Source: Candidatus Methanofastidiosia archaeon
GTDB lineage: Archaea; Methanobacteriota_B; Thermococci; Methanofastidiosales; Methanofastidiosaceae
NCBI GenBank assembly: GCA_003558335.1
Contig: PWMA01000144.1
Location: 1-37,985 of the forward strand
Length of the DNA stretch: 37,985 nt
Direction: 5' to 3'
A program made the translations under genes and the position numbers. Position 1 is the first letter of the stretch; every line of letters starts with the position of its first letter. Positions 26,186-34,895 of this stretch are shown piece after piece. The notes beneath the pieces are model-generated. The model worked only from the letters and a program-made list of their open reading frames with translations, ran no database searches and was not told where the DNA came from.

Positions 26186-27424
26186 CTACATTTTATACCT
26201 AGCAATTGCAGCGATTCCTCCGAAAGCTTTTAACAGCTGATTACCTTCTTCAGTTTCCGTAGAAATAACTTCCACAGTAGAACTTCCTTCTTCGGCCAAA
26301 TCTGCTAGCTCTTCCAAAAGATCTACCTTTTCATCTATACTTAAACTTAGATTTGAGCAGCTTTCACACTGGATATTTGAAAGTCGTTGCTCTAATTTGA
26401 ATATATCTTCATCTGTGCCGGTTTTTTCTATAATGTTTTCGCATGATCCACACTTTATTTTTACTCTGTTTTTGTTTAATCCTTCTGAAAGTAGCAACGT
26501 ATCCACAGCCCCAGATTCTAAATACCTTCTAACCTCTTTTTCACCATAAACGGCTAGACTATCATCTTTAATCAATTCTTTAAGAAACCCTGTAACAATA
26601 TCTTTTTCCTTTGTTATATCTAAATTTTCCAAGATTTTCGATCCTTTGTCTACAAGTTCATTTAGTCCAAAAAGCTCTGTGTATGATGTGTCAACTGTAC
26701 CCAATATTTTTTTCTTAAGTTCGTGGTGCAAATAATCTCCTTCTTGGAATTCATATTTGGTATAACCGCCACCACCAATTAAGATACCTTCAAGATTTGA
26801 TTCTGCTAAAAAAATTTCATTTGCAGCTTCACCCATAGAATCTTTAAAGTCATCGGCTGCAATTTCTCTTAATCTTGCAAATCTGACTGAAGACTGACCT
26901 CCAGCTCTAAATTTTCCAGGCACTCTTGAAACTTTATGCTTAACCAATTCTACATTTTTCCCTCTAAGTAAACCTATACTTGCCTCTCCTCTTTCAATAA
27001 TTATTAGGCCAAAGACTCTCTTGTCCTCTATCATATCCATTAAAGGATCAAGTATAAATTGCTGATCACATCTATAAATTCTAACTGATATTGGTTCAGG
27101 AGGTTCAATTGCAAAGAGTTCTATTTTAGAATTGCCTTCATCTTCTGAGATGTCTCCTGAAAATATGATAAGGCCATTGGGCGGTGTTGTCTTATATAAT
27201 TTCAAATGTTGCATTACCCTCTCCAAAGCTGAAAGAACATTTTTTCTTGTCCCTTTGGACTTTATGTTTGTTGCAGTACCTTGTTCGTCTTTGATCTGTG
27301 CAACTACTTTTGATATTTCGTATCCTGCAGGGATATATACTGTAACAAGTTCAGTATGGCGACCTCTAATTTTTGAAAGGAACTTCAGTTGTTTTTTGAA
27401 TTCATAGAACTCTTTTTTGTCCAT
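26186..27424 (-). CDS. prf1: peptide chain release factor aRF1
   Basis: TATNIKSK (NIKS) and FRAGGQSSVRF (GGQ) are present. The C-terminal domain carries CGSC...CESC. I prefer the start at Met17 (MDKKEFYEFKKQLKFL, nt 27424), which matches the usual aRF1 N-terminus and leaves 63 nt instead of 15 nt for the divergent promoters. The track start is 27472. Confidence 0.9.
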   Translation of the reverse strand: MDKKEFYEFKKQLKFLSKIRGRHTELVTVYIPAGYEISKVVAQIKDEQGTATNIKSKGTRKNVLSALERVMQHLKLYKTTPPNGLIIFSGDISEDEGNSKIELFAIEPPEPISVRIYRCDQQFILDPLMDMIEDKRVFGLIIIERGEASIGLLRGKNVELVKHKVSRVPGKFRAGGQSSVRFARLREIAADDFKDSMGEAANEIFLAESNLEGILIGGGGYTKYEFQEGDYLHHELKKKILGTVDTSYTELFGLNELVDKGSKILENLDITKEKDIVTGFLKELIKDDSLAVYGEKEVRRYLESGAVDTLLLSEGLNKNRVKIKCGSCENIIEKTGTDEDIFKLEQRLSNIQCESCSNLSLSIDEKVDLLEELADLAEEGSSTVEVISTETEEGNQLLKAFGGIAAIARYKM

Positions 27425-27487
27425 ATCAAAAAAATTATGGAAAATATTTAAAAGTGTTCCTGCCTCTTGCATTAATAAAGTGGTCTA

Positions 27488-28282
27488 ATGAAAAAACAAG
27501 TTTTCATGGAAATCTACAAAGCTTTGAATACAAGAGATGACGTCCCAGAGGTATCTCGTAAGTATGGTGTAGAAGAAGATGTTTTACTTTCAATACTCTC
27601 GCAAAAAACTGTTAGAAACGTCAAAAAAGATTATTATCCTATAATGAATAGAATTCGAGAACTTTCAAGATTGTGGGACAAAGGACTTTCTTTCTATGAT
27701 ATATCTTCTAAACTATCCTTTTCCCCTATTCTAATTGCAACTATGATCCTTAAAGAAAAAGGCCACTCTAAAAAAGATGTGAAAAATTTTCTTCATAATC
27801 CAGAATCGATTCAAGATGAAAGAATTAAAAATGAAATATTAAAAGCTATAGAAGTGGACATAGCATATTCTCCTGAGTCTTCAAAGATACAAAGAGAAAA
27901 TGGTCAAAAAGGAGAAGAAATGTTAAAAAAATATTTAGATGAAAAAGAAATTCAGTTTTTAAGAGAAGAAGATCTAAGAAAGATGGGATCAGGTAAAACT
28001 CCCGACTTTCTATTAAAAAAACCTATTAAGATTAGAGGAAGAAAGGTTTTTTGGTTTGAAAGCAAAGCTAGTTTTTGTGATTATATTGAATTTAGGCAAG
28101 ACTATAATAAACAATTAAAACACTATGTTTCTCTTTTCGGCCCAGGTATAGTAGTTTACTGGAAAGGATTTATTGATGATATTATAACTGACAAAAGAGT
28201 GTTAGTGGTTGATACCACATTCTTTGAAAAAAATTTTACCTCTTTTGAATATATAGAGAAGGCTCATACTGGTATCTCATAG
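27488..28282 (+). CDS. TPD-motif PD-(D/E)XK nuclease family protein (CDIN1/C15orf41-like) with an N-terminal helical/HTH-like region
   Basis: 264 aa. GKTPDFLL (TPD at 27998-28006) and WFESKASFCD (E-x-K at 28058-28066) give the D...ExK nuclease core. The N-terminal ~130 aa is helical. The 3' end overlaps the sppA 3' end by 47 nt. Confidence 0.6.
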   Translation: MKKQVFMEIYKALNTRDDVPEVSRKYGVEEDVLLSILSQKTVRNVKKDYYPIMNRIRELSRLWDKGLSFYDISSKLSFSPILIATMILKEKGHSKKDVKNFLHNPESIQDERIKNEILKAIEVDIAYSPESSKIQRENGQKGEEMLKKYLDEKEIQFLREEDLRKMGSGKTPDFLLKKPIKIRGRKVFWFESKASFCDYIEFRQDYNKQLKHYVSLFGPGIVVYWKGFIDDIITDKRVLVVDTTFFEKNFTSFEYIEKAHTGIS

Positions 28283-29234
28283 ACTCAAAATTCATATTTG
28301 AGACTCTCCCTGATTCATCTATCTGTATGAATAATATCTCTGGACTTTTTAGCCCTACAGTTGTTTTTAGTTCTTCTATAGCTGTGTCAAGATCTCCCAC
28401 TCTATCAGCAAATCCGTATGTAACTGCTTGTTGGCCTCTCCAAGTATTTCCATCAGAGTACTCTAAAACTTCTTCAATTGTAAGATCTCTTCCTCTTGAA
28501 ACGACATAGATAAATCTATTAAAACTTTCGTTAATATTATTTCTAATATTCTCTCTATCTTCATCAGTTAGAGGTCTCCAGGGAGCTCCAAGATCTTTTT
28601 CTTCTCCTGTTTTTATTACCTCTATTTTAATACCGTGCTTTTTGAAGTACTCTGTTAAGTCTTCATGAACGTATATTACACCTATGCCTCCTAAAACAGC
28701 ATCAGGTTTTGCAACTATTTTATCACAGGCAACAGTTAGATAATACCCTCCAGAAGCAGCTATACCTCCTACATATGCCACAACAGGTTTTCTCGTTCTA
28801 AGTCGATAAATTTCATCGTAAATTTGAGTAACTGTAGTAACTCCTCCGCCGGGACTGTCGATCCATAAAATAACGCCTCCGATATCCTTATCATCGGCAA
28901 GTTTTCTTAACTGAACAGTAATAGGCAATACATTATTTTGATTTAATACTCCAAATAATCTGACTACAGCTATATTACCATCAACTGGTATATTTTGATC
29001 TCTTATCCTCTCAATCTCTTCTGTTAATCTTTGTATTTCTTCATTTTCCAGGTGCTCTTGAGACTCATAAGCAGAAAGTTTCGATTGTAAAATATCAGCT
29101 TCGCCGCTACTTATAACTTCTCCCTGTCTTGGTAAAAAATCAATTCCGTTTGAATTAAAGATGCAACCTATTGTACCAGTTGCGATAACAAAAATAGTAA
29201 ATATTAAAAATAAAAATTTTTTATTTGATTTCAT
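28236..29234 (-). CDS. sppA: signal peptide peptidase SppA (S49, 36K type)
   Basis: 332 aa. N-terminal TM. GGVILWIDSPGGGV, VAYVGGIAASGGYYLTVACDKIVA (catalytic Ser context) and GGIGV are present. Confidence 0.88.
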   Translation of the reverse strand: MKSNKKFLFLIFTIFVIATGTIGCIFNSNGIDFLPRQGEVISSGEADILQSKLSAYESQEHLENEEIQRLTEEIERIRDQNIPVDGNIAVVRLFGVLNQNNVLPITVQLRKLADDKDIGGVILWIDSPGGGVTTVTQIYDEIYRLRTRKPVVAYVGGIAASGGYYLTVACDKIVAKPDAVLGGIGVIYVHEDLTEYFKKHGIKIEVIKTGEEKDLGAPWRPLTDEDRENIRNNINESFNRFIYVVSRGRDLTIEEVLEYSDGNTWRGQQAVTYGFADRVGDLDTAIEELKTTVGLKSPEILFIQIDESGRVSNMNFESMRYQYEPSLYIQKR

Positions 29235-29258
29235 TTTAGATCTTCACCTTAAGATTCT

Positions 29259-30500
29259 TCACTCTTTTTCCTTTGAGGGCTTTTTCTTTGCTCTAGATTT
29301 TTTTGGCTTTGATTCTTTTTTGTCATCTAGATCTTTTTCAACTTCTTCGACGGTTGTTGTAAGTTCTGTTAATTCACCATTCATTTTTTCCTTTTTCTGT
29401 TTAGGTTTTGACTTCTTCTTTGGTTTTTCTTCTTTAGAGTAGAATTGTGTCATGAATATGTATGCGCCTGCAAGCACCAGTATAATAAGACTGCCAAATA
29501 TGAAAAGTCGGTAACTTTCAAAAAATCCAGCCTCTGAGCCCTTGTCAATAAGTACAGTTGTCACTTTAAAGTATAGTGTTTCACCTGCGAGAGGGTGGTT
29601 GAAGTCTATAACAACATAATCGTTTGTTACTTCCGTGACTCTTCCTCTTTGATTTTCTAGTGTTACGACGTCTCCCACTTCAGAGTCTAATTTAAGTATG
29701 TAGTTTTCTCCTGATTCGATTACGTTTACAACACCGTAAATTGTTTCTATTTGGCTTTTTGGAATTGCTTCAACCTTCATTGTGGTATCTGTCATTTCAA
29801 GTATTCTTAGATCTCCGATTTCAGTCGGTAAAACATCTCCTACCTCTACATCATAACGCAAAAGTATGCTGTTTTCTGTAATTTCTGTTACTGTGAATGC
29901 AACACTATTATTATTTATAGATTTGCCAACTTCTGGCTTGTGTTCTATAATAACATTATCTCCAGTAACTTCAATAACTTCTCCTGGCCAGTCTGCTAAA
30001 TCTATAGTCATGCCTACCGCAGGCTGTTGCCCATATCTAGAAACAAACGAACTAATTGTTGCCTGAAAGACTCTTGGAATTTCTTCAAACCTTGGGATCT
30101 CTTCTATTTTAGGTATTTCATCTAGAATCCTTGGCAAAGTAAATATTAACTCAGGATCTTCTGGCCCGTAGGCTTGCTCAGGAGGTATTGAAATTGTTTT
30201 TGTTTCTCCTTCCTTCATACCTAATAATCCAGTTTCAAATCCAGGAATAGTTGATCCATCTCCTATAACCACTTGTAAGGGTTCATAAATTCTATCTTCT
30301 TCATAGATTCCTTCTTTTTGTGCTTCTTCTAAAATTGAAGTATCAAAAACTGTTCCATCTTCAAGAGTTCCAATATAATCCACTCTTACAATATCTCCTC
30401 TCTCAACCGTCTTTTCCGTAGCACATCCTAAAGAAAGGAGTAACAACGTAATTATGCTAAATGTAAAAATATACCTTTTCATTTTCCCACGTATACTCAT
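29259..30500 (-). CDS. membrane-anchored extracytoplasmic FKBP-type (SlyD-like) peptidyl-prolyl isomerase with a greatly expanded insert domain and a Lys-rich C-terminal tail
   Basis: 413 aa. Signal/lipobox-like LLLSLGCATEK. FKBP core GDIVRVDYIGTLEDGTVFDTS...VIGDGSTIPGFETGLLGMKEGETK...EQAYG is closed ~190 aa later by VVIDFNHPLAGETLYFKVTTV. Then a TM helix (LFIFGSLIILVLAGAYIF) and a ~58 aa K/E-rich tail. The start may be Met7 (nt 30482). Confidence 0.8.
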   Translation of the reverse strand: MSIRGKMKRYIFTFSIITLLLLSLGCATEKTVERGDIVRVDYIGTLEDGTVFDTSILEEAQKEGIYEEDRIYEPLQVVIGDGSTIPGFETGLLGMKEGETKTISIPPEQAYGPEDPELIFTLPRILDEIPKIEEIPRFEEIPRVFQATISSFVSRYGQQPAVGMTIDLADWPGEVIEVTGDNVIIEHKPEVGKSINNNSVAFTVTEITENSILLRYDVEVGDVLPTEIGDLRILEMTDTTMKVEAIPKSQIETIYGVVNVIESGENYILKLDSEVGDVVTLENQRGRVTEVTNDYVVIDFNHPLAGETLYFKVTTVLIDKGSEAGFFESYRLFIFGSLIILVLAGAYIFMTQFYSKEEKPKKKSKPKQKKEKMNGELTELTTTVEEVEKDLDDKKESKPKKSRAKKKPSKEKE

Positions 30501-30553
30501 GCCAATACAATCATTTATAAGTCTTTTTCTCTGTAAAATCTTAGGTGAATTAA

Positions 30554-31810
30554 GTGTTATACGATGTTAAGGACATATCTCTCTATGAAAAGGGAAAATT
30601 AAGAATCGAGTGGGCTAGAAGAGAGATGCCAGTATTAGAAATTATCAAAAATGAATTTAAAAAAAATAACACTCTAAAGGGTTGTAAAATCGGATGTTGC
30701 CTACATGTTACTACAGAAACTGCTAACCTTATGATTGCCTTAAAAGAAGGTGGGGCGGAAGTATTCCTATGTGCTTCAAACCCTTTAAGTACTCAAGATG
30801 ATGTTGCTGCATCGCTAGTAAAAAATTACGGTATTTCTGTTTTTGCCATTAGAGGAGAGGATAGGGATACATATTACGATCATCTCAATAGAGTTTTAGA
30901 TGCAAAAGTAAACATAACGATGGACGACGGAGGAGATCTAGTTTCAACTATAATGAAGGAAAGAAACGACGTATTGGATGAAATAATAGGTGGAACTGAA
31001 GAGACTACCACAGGAGTTATTAGATTCAAAAGCATGGAAAAGGAAGGGGTATTGAAGTACCCAATTATAGCTGTTAATGATGCCATGACAAAACATTTGT
31101 TTGATAACAGATATGGAACAGGACAGAGTACAATTGACGGAATTATACGAGCTACGAATATCCTGCTATCTGGGAAAAACTTTGTAGTATCAGGTTATGG
31201 TTGGTGTGGAAAAGGAATTGCGATGAGGGCAAAAGGAATGGGTGCAAAGGTAATCATAACTGAAACAGACGCTATAAAGGCCATAGAAGCGACTATGGAT
31301 GGATTTCCAGTAATGAAAATGGAAGATGCTTCTAAAATTGGCGATATTTTTGTTACAGTTACGGGAAATATTCATGTAATAAGACAAGAGCATTTTAACA
31401 ATATGAAGGATGGTGCAATAATAGCAAACTCTGGCCATTTCAATGTCGAAATAGACACTAATTATTTAGAAAAGCATTCACTTTCTAAAAGAGTAATTAG
31501 AGAGTCTGTTGAGGAATATGAATTCAAGGAAGGTAAGAAACTATATTTACTTGGCGAAGGTAGGTTAATAAATCTTGCAGCAGCAGAGGGCCATCCTGCT
31601 TCAGTTATGGATATGAGTTTTGCAAATCAGGCTTTGGCAGCCGAATATCTTTTTAAAGAAGGGAAGAATCTTGAAAATAAAGTTTATTCTGTGCCTGAAA
31701 TTATAGACAAAAGAATAGCTTCTCTAAAACTAAAATCAATGGGGATTTCAATAGATAATTTAACAAAAGAGCAAGAAGACTACCTTTCTTCTTGGAAAAT
31801 AGGAACTTAA
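30554..31810 (+). CDS. ahcY: S-adenosyl-L-homocysteine hydrolase
   Basis: 418 aa. [22 protein letters not shown], the NAD motif [11 protein letters not shown] and HFNVEID are present. GTG start with SD TAGGTGA 7 nt upstream. Confidence 0.93.
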   Translation: MLYDVKDISLYEKGKLRIEWARREMPVLEIIKNEFKKNNTLKGCKIGCCLHVTTETANLMIALKEGGAEVFLCASNPLSTQDDVAASLVKNYGISVFAIRGEDRDTYYDHLNRVLDAKVNITMDDGGDLVSTIMKERNDVLDEIIGGTEETTTGVIRFKSMEKEGVLKYPIIAVNDAMTKHLFDNRYGTGQSTIDGIIRATNILLSGKNFVVSGYGWCGKGIAMRAKGMGAKVIITETDAIKAIEATMDGFPVMKMEDASKIGDIFVTVTGNIHVIRQEHFNNMKDGAIIANSGHFNVEIDTNYLEKHSLSKRVIRESVEEYEFKEGKKLYLLGEGRLINLAAAEGHPASVMDMSFANQALAAEYLFKEGKNLENKVYSVPEIIDKRIASLKLKSMGISIDNLTKEQEDYLSSWKIGT

Positions 31811-31880
31811 GTCTAATGATACTCTCTTAGAGGAAATAATAAATACTCATTTGTTTACTTTATTTTAGGGAGATTACTAA

Positions 31881-33398
31881 ATGTTATTGGATATTAAATT
31901 ACTGGATATTGAGGCCACAGATTACCCTCTTGTTTTAATGCATAAGGAAGATGCCAAGTTTATTGGTGTTAGAAGACTTGATAGGGTAAATGTTAGAGTA
32001 CAAACTGAAAATTTCGTAGCCGTTGTCGACTTAACAGAAAAAATTGTTTCTAAAGGCCAAATTGGAGTTTATGATTACATATGTAAAAAATTAGATTTAT
32101 CTTGTACTGTTCAGGCTGAAGTTACCCCTGCTGCCCCTCCAGAATCTGTCCTTTATATAAGAAAAAAATTAGATGGGAATACTTTAGCTAAAGACGAAAT
32201 ATATAGTATAATAAAAGACACAGTGGATAATAGATTAAGTGATGTTGAGTTATCTGCTTTCATATCTGCAATATATACAAGAGGGCTTACCATTGAAGAG
32301 GTACTCAATCTTATCAACAGCATGGTTAACACAGGCCAAATTCTTGATATAAAGAAAAAACCAGTTTTTGATAAACATTGTATAGGGGGGGTCCCAGGAA
32401 ATAGAACTACTATGGTTGTAGTTCCTATTTTAGGAGCTGCAGGCTTAACTATCCCCAAAACTTCTTCTAGAGCAATTTCTAGCGCATCCGGAACTACAGA
32501 TACGATGGAAGTATTATCTGAAGTTAGTTTTCATAAAGATGAAATTGAAAGAATAGTTAATAAAATAGGATGTTGTATAGTATGGGGCGGGGGTGTTGAT
32601 TTAGCTATAGCTGATGATAAGTTGATAAAAGTTAGAAACCCTTTGAAATTAGATCCCCAGTCTTTACTTTTAGCTAGTATACTTGCAAAGAAAAAAGCCG
32701 TAGGCTCTGATAAAGTAGTTATAGATATACCAGTAAGTAAAAATGCTAAAATTAAAGACAATAACTTGGCAAAGAAACTCGCAAGAGATTTCATAGAACT
32801 AGGTGAAAAACTTGAAATGGAGATAAAATGTATTATTACCTATGGCGGCAAACCTGTAGGTCGAGGTATTGGGCCTGGACTTGAAGCAATTGATGTTCTA
32901 AATGTTTTAGAGGGCAAGGGTCCTTATGATTTAAGGCAAAGGTCATCTGAAATAGCGGGGCTATTGTTTGAAATGGGAGGCAAGGCACCTAGAGGTATGG
33001 GAAGAGAGATTGCAGAACAGATGATTGATAAAGGAAAAGCAATATCTAAATTTAGACAGATTATCGAGGAGCAAGGAGGAGATTCTAAGATTAAACCTGA
33101 AGATATCCCGATTGGTTCTTACAATCATACTATAAAATCAGAAGTCGAAGGAAGAATAGATTTTATGGATACCGTTATGATAAATAGAATTGCACGAGTA
33201 TGCGGAGCTCCAGATGATAAAGGCGCAGGCCTCTATTTCCATGTTGAAAAAGGTGAAAAAGTATCAAAAGGTCAAAAGCTATTTACCCTTTATGCCGATA
33301 AAGAGAGAAAAATAGATAATGCCCTTAAAGTTCTAGATGGAAGCCCAATAAGGGTTGAAAAAGTAATATTTGATATAGTGGAAGGAGTTTCAGTCTAA
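31881..33398 (+). CDS. deoA: AMP phosphorylase (archaeal thymidine-phosphorylase-family enzyme with N-terminal extension)
   Basis: 505 aa. The N-terminal ~85 aa extension (LKLLDIEATDYPLVLMHKEDAKFIGV) is typical of AMPpase. DKHCIGGVPGNRTT, TSSRAISSASGTTDTME and GIGPGLEA are present. Confidence 0.85.
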   Translation: MLLDIKLLDIEATDYPLVLMHKEDAKFIGVRRLDRVNVRVQTENFVAVVDLTEKIVSKGQIGVYDYICKKLDLSCTVQAEVTPAAPPESVLYIRKKLDGNTLAKDEIYSIIKDTVDNRLSDVELSAFISAIYTRGLTIEEVLNLINSMVNTGQILDIKKKPVFDKHCIGGVPGNRTTMVVVPILGAAGLTIPKTSSRAISSASGTTDTMEVLSEVSFHKDEIERIVNKIGCCIVWGGGVDLAIADDKLIKVRNPLKLDPQSLLLASILAKKKAVGSDKVVIDIPVSKNAKIKDNNLAKKLARDFIELGEKLEMEIKCIITYGGKPVGRGIGPGLEAIDVLNVLEGKGPYDLRQRSSEIAGLLFEMGGKAPRGMGREIAEQMIDKGKAISKFRQIIEEQGGDSKIKPEDIPIGSYNHTIKSEVEGRIDFMDTVMINRIARVCGAPDDKGAGLYFHVEKGEKVSKGQKLFTLYADKERKIDNALKVLDGSPIRVEKVIFDIVEGVSV

Positions 33399-33487
33399 TT
33401 TCAATAGTATTATCAGAAAACTTAAATCCCGAAAAACTAAAAAAATAATAACTGATTTTAACATTTAAACTCATAAGGTGAATCATA

Positions 33488-34417
33488 ATGGATGAGATAA
33501 TTGTAATTGGCCATAAAAATCCTGATACAGATTCTGTTGTTGCTGCAAAAATGTATTCTATACTGATGGAAAAAAAAGGAAAAAAGAGTTTTCCTCGCAT
33601 AGCAGGCGATGTGAATCAAGAAACAAAATTTATTTTTTCACACTTTAAAGAAGAGATCCCCAAAAAAGTAACAAAGAAAGAAATAGATGAAAGAAAATTT
33701 TTCCTTGTAGATCATAATGATATTGAACAAAGCGTTGCCAAGAAAGAAAGCATCTGTGGCGTTTTAGATCATCATCAGTTATCTGGGTTTAAAACTGACA
33801 CTCCTTTGTATTTTCGAATAGAGCCAATTGGAAGCACTTCAACACTTGTCTATAAAATAATGAAAGAAGGCAATAAGACAGTAAATGAAAAAGAGGCTGG
33901 CCTAATTCTTTCTGGAATAATCTCCGATACCTTAAATCTTAGTTCTCCAACAACAACTGAAGAGGACATCGATTCCTATAATGAACTATCAGAAATTTCA
34001 GGAATAGATCCAAACAAATTTGCAAAGAAAATGTTTGATGCCAAATCCGATTTTTCTGGAAAAAGTATTAAAGATATAATCTATGCAGATTTGAAAACAT
34101 TCGAATTTGGAGGCCATAAAATAGGAATTGGAGTTTCTGAAACAACCTCAACTTCTTACTTTGAAAAAAATATAGAAGAATTAGTAACTTCACTGAATGA
34201 AGTAAAAAACAATGAAAAATATGAAGCCTTTTTCTTTGGAGCTGTAGATATTATGAATAAAAACACCTTACTTTTTCCTGCAGGCGAAGATGAAAAAAAT
34301 GTGATAGAAAAAGTTTTTCAGGGAGAAAAGAGAAATGCTTACTTCTTTTTAAAAGGTGTTTCTTCTAGGAAAAAACAAATATCTCCCCTCTTATCGAAAT
34401 ACTATGAAAAGAAATAA
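33488..34417 (+). CDS. ppaC: family II (Mn-dependent, DHH-DHHA2) inorganic pyrophosphatase
   Basis: 309 aa. GHKNPDTDS, LVDHND, LDHHQL and GIISDTLNLSSPTTT are present. SD AAGGTGA. Confidence 0.88.
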   Translation: MDEIIVIGHKNPDTDSVVAAKMYSILMEKKGKKSFPRIAGDVNQETKFIFSHFKEEIPKKVTKKEIDERKFFLVDHNDIEQSVAKKESICGVLDHHQLSGFKTDTPLYFRIEPIGSTSTLVYKIMKEGNKTVNEKEAGLILSGIISDTLNLSSPTTTEEDIDSYNELSEISGIDPNKFAKKMFDAKSDFSGKSIKDIIYADLKTFEFGGHKIGIGVSETTSTSYFEKNIEELVTSLNEVKNNEKYEAFFFGAVDIMNKNTLLFPAGEDEKNVIEKVFQGEKRNAYFFLKGVSSRKKQISPLLSKYYEKK

Positions 34418-34427
34418 CTTATATAGT

Positions 34428-34760
34428 TTATTTGTTTTCTTTTTTAATCTTCTTTTCTTTTATGTAAGGTATCCTTTTTATATTTCCGCATTTTAAACAA
34501 GTAAAAGTTATTTTTCCTTTACCTATCCTAATCCTTACAGTTTCATTTGGTATAAAAAAAATAAAACATTTTTTACAATATTTTCTCTTAAATCTATAAG
34601 GAATTCTTATTTTATGTCGTCTAGAGATGGCCACAGCAGTTTTTATAGAATTTCTTGATAGAATTTCATCATTTTTATTTATTTCTGAGAGCTTTAGAAG
34701 CTCCTTTATTCTCTCAGAAGCTACTTTTTTCCTTAATCCTTTTCTTTCTTTCCATCTCAT
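34428..34760 (-). CDS. rnp4: RNase P protein component 4 (Rpp21/Rpr2 family)
   Basis: 110 aa. Basic, with Zn ribbon CKKC...CLKCG and RIPYRFKRKYCKKCFIFFIP. Confidence 0.85.
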   Translation of the reverse strand: MRWKERKGLRKKVASERIKELLKLSEINKNDEILSRNSIKTAVAISRRHKIRIPYRFKRKYCKKCFIFFIPNETVRIRIGKGKITFTCLKCGNIKRIPYIKEKKIKKENK

Positions 34761-34771
34761 TAATTACAACC

Positions 34772-34787
34772 TTAACTAGCTAGTTAA
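34772..34787. promoter_or_regulatory. perfect 16-bp palindrome TTAACTAGCTAGTTAA between the rnp4 start and its predicted TATA
   Basis: It equals its own reverse complement exactly. It lies 12 nt upstream of the rnp4 ATG, adjacent to and overlapping the TATA-like TTTATTAA on the minus strand. Confidence 0.35.
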
Positions 34788-34895
34788 TAAATTCTTAGGT
34801 AGGCAATTGATTCTTAACTATATACCAAGAAAATTTTAAAAAATAAAAAGCTTTATATACCTGACTTTATCTTAAAGCACGTTCTGCCCATTAGA

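Noticed and set aside
26186-26500. A CxxC...CxxC (CGSC / CESC) zinc-ribbon-like insertion in the aRF1 C-terminal domain.
   Set aside because: I recall comparable Cys-pair mini-domains in other archaeal aRF1 sequences, so it is probably family-typical. I cannot verify this without an alignment.
27425-27472. A 16-codon N-terminal extension of aRF1 (MQEAGTLLNIFHNFFD) given by the ORF track.
   Set aside because: It would leave only 15 nt between two divergent genes. Met17 (MDKKEFYEFKKQL) matches the usual aRF1 N-terminus. The extension is probably untranslated promoter or leader DNA.
33325-33600. 91-aa minus-strand ORF spanning the deoA-ppaC spacer.
   Set aside because: It overlaps the 3' end of deoA and the 5' end of ppaC, both well supported. 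It has no motifs, SD or TATA.
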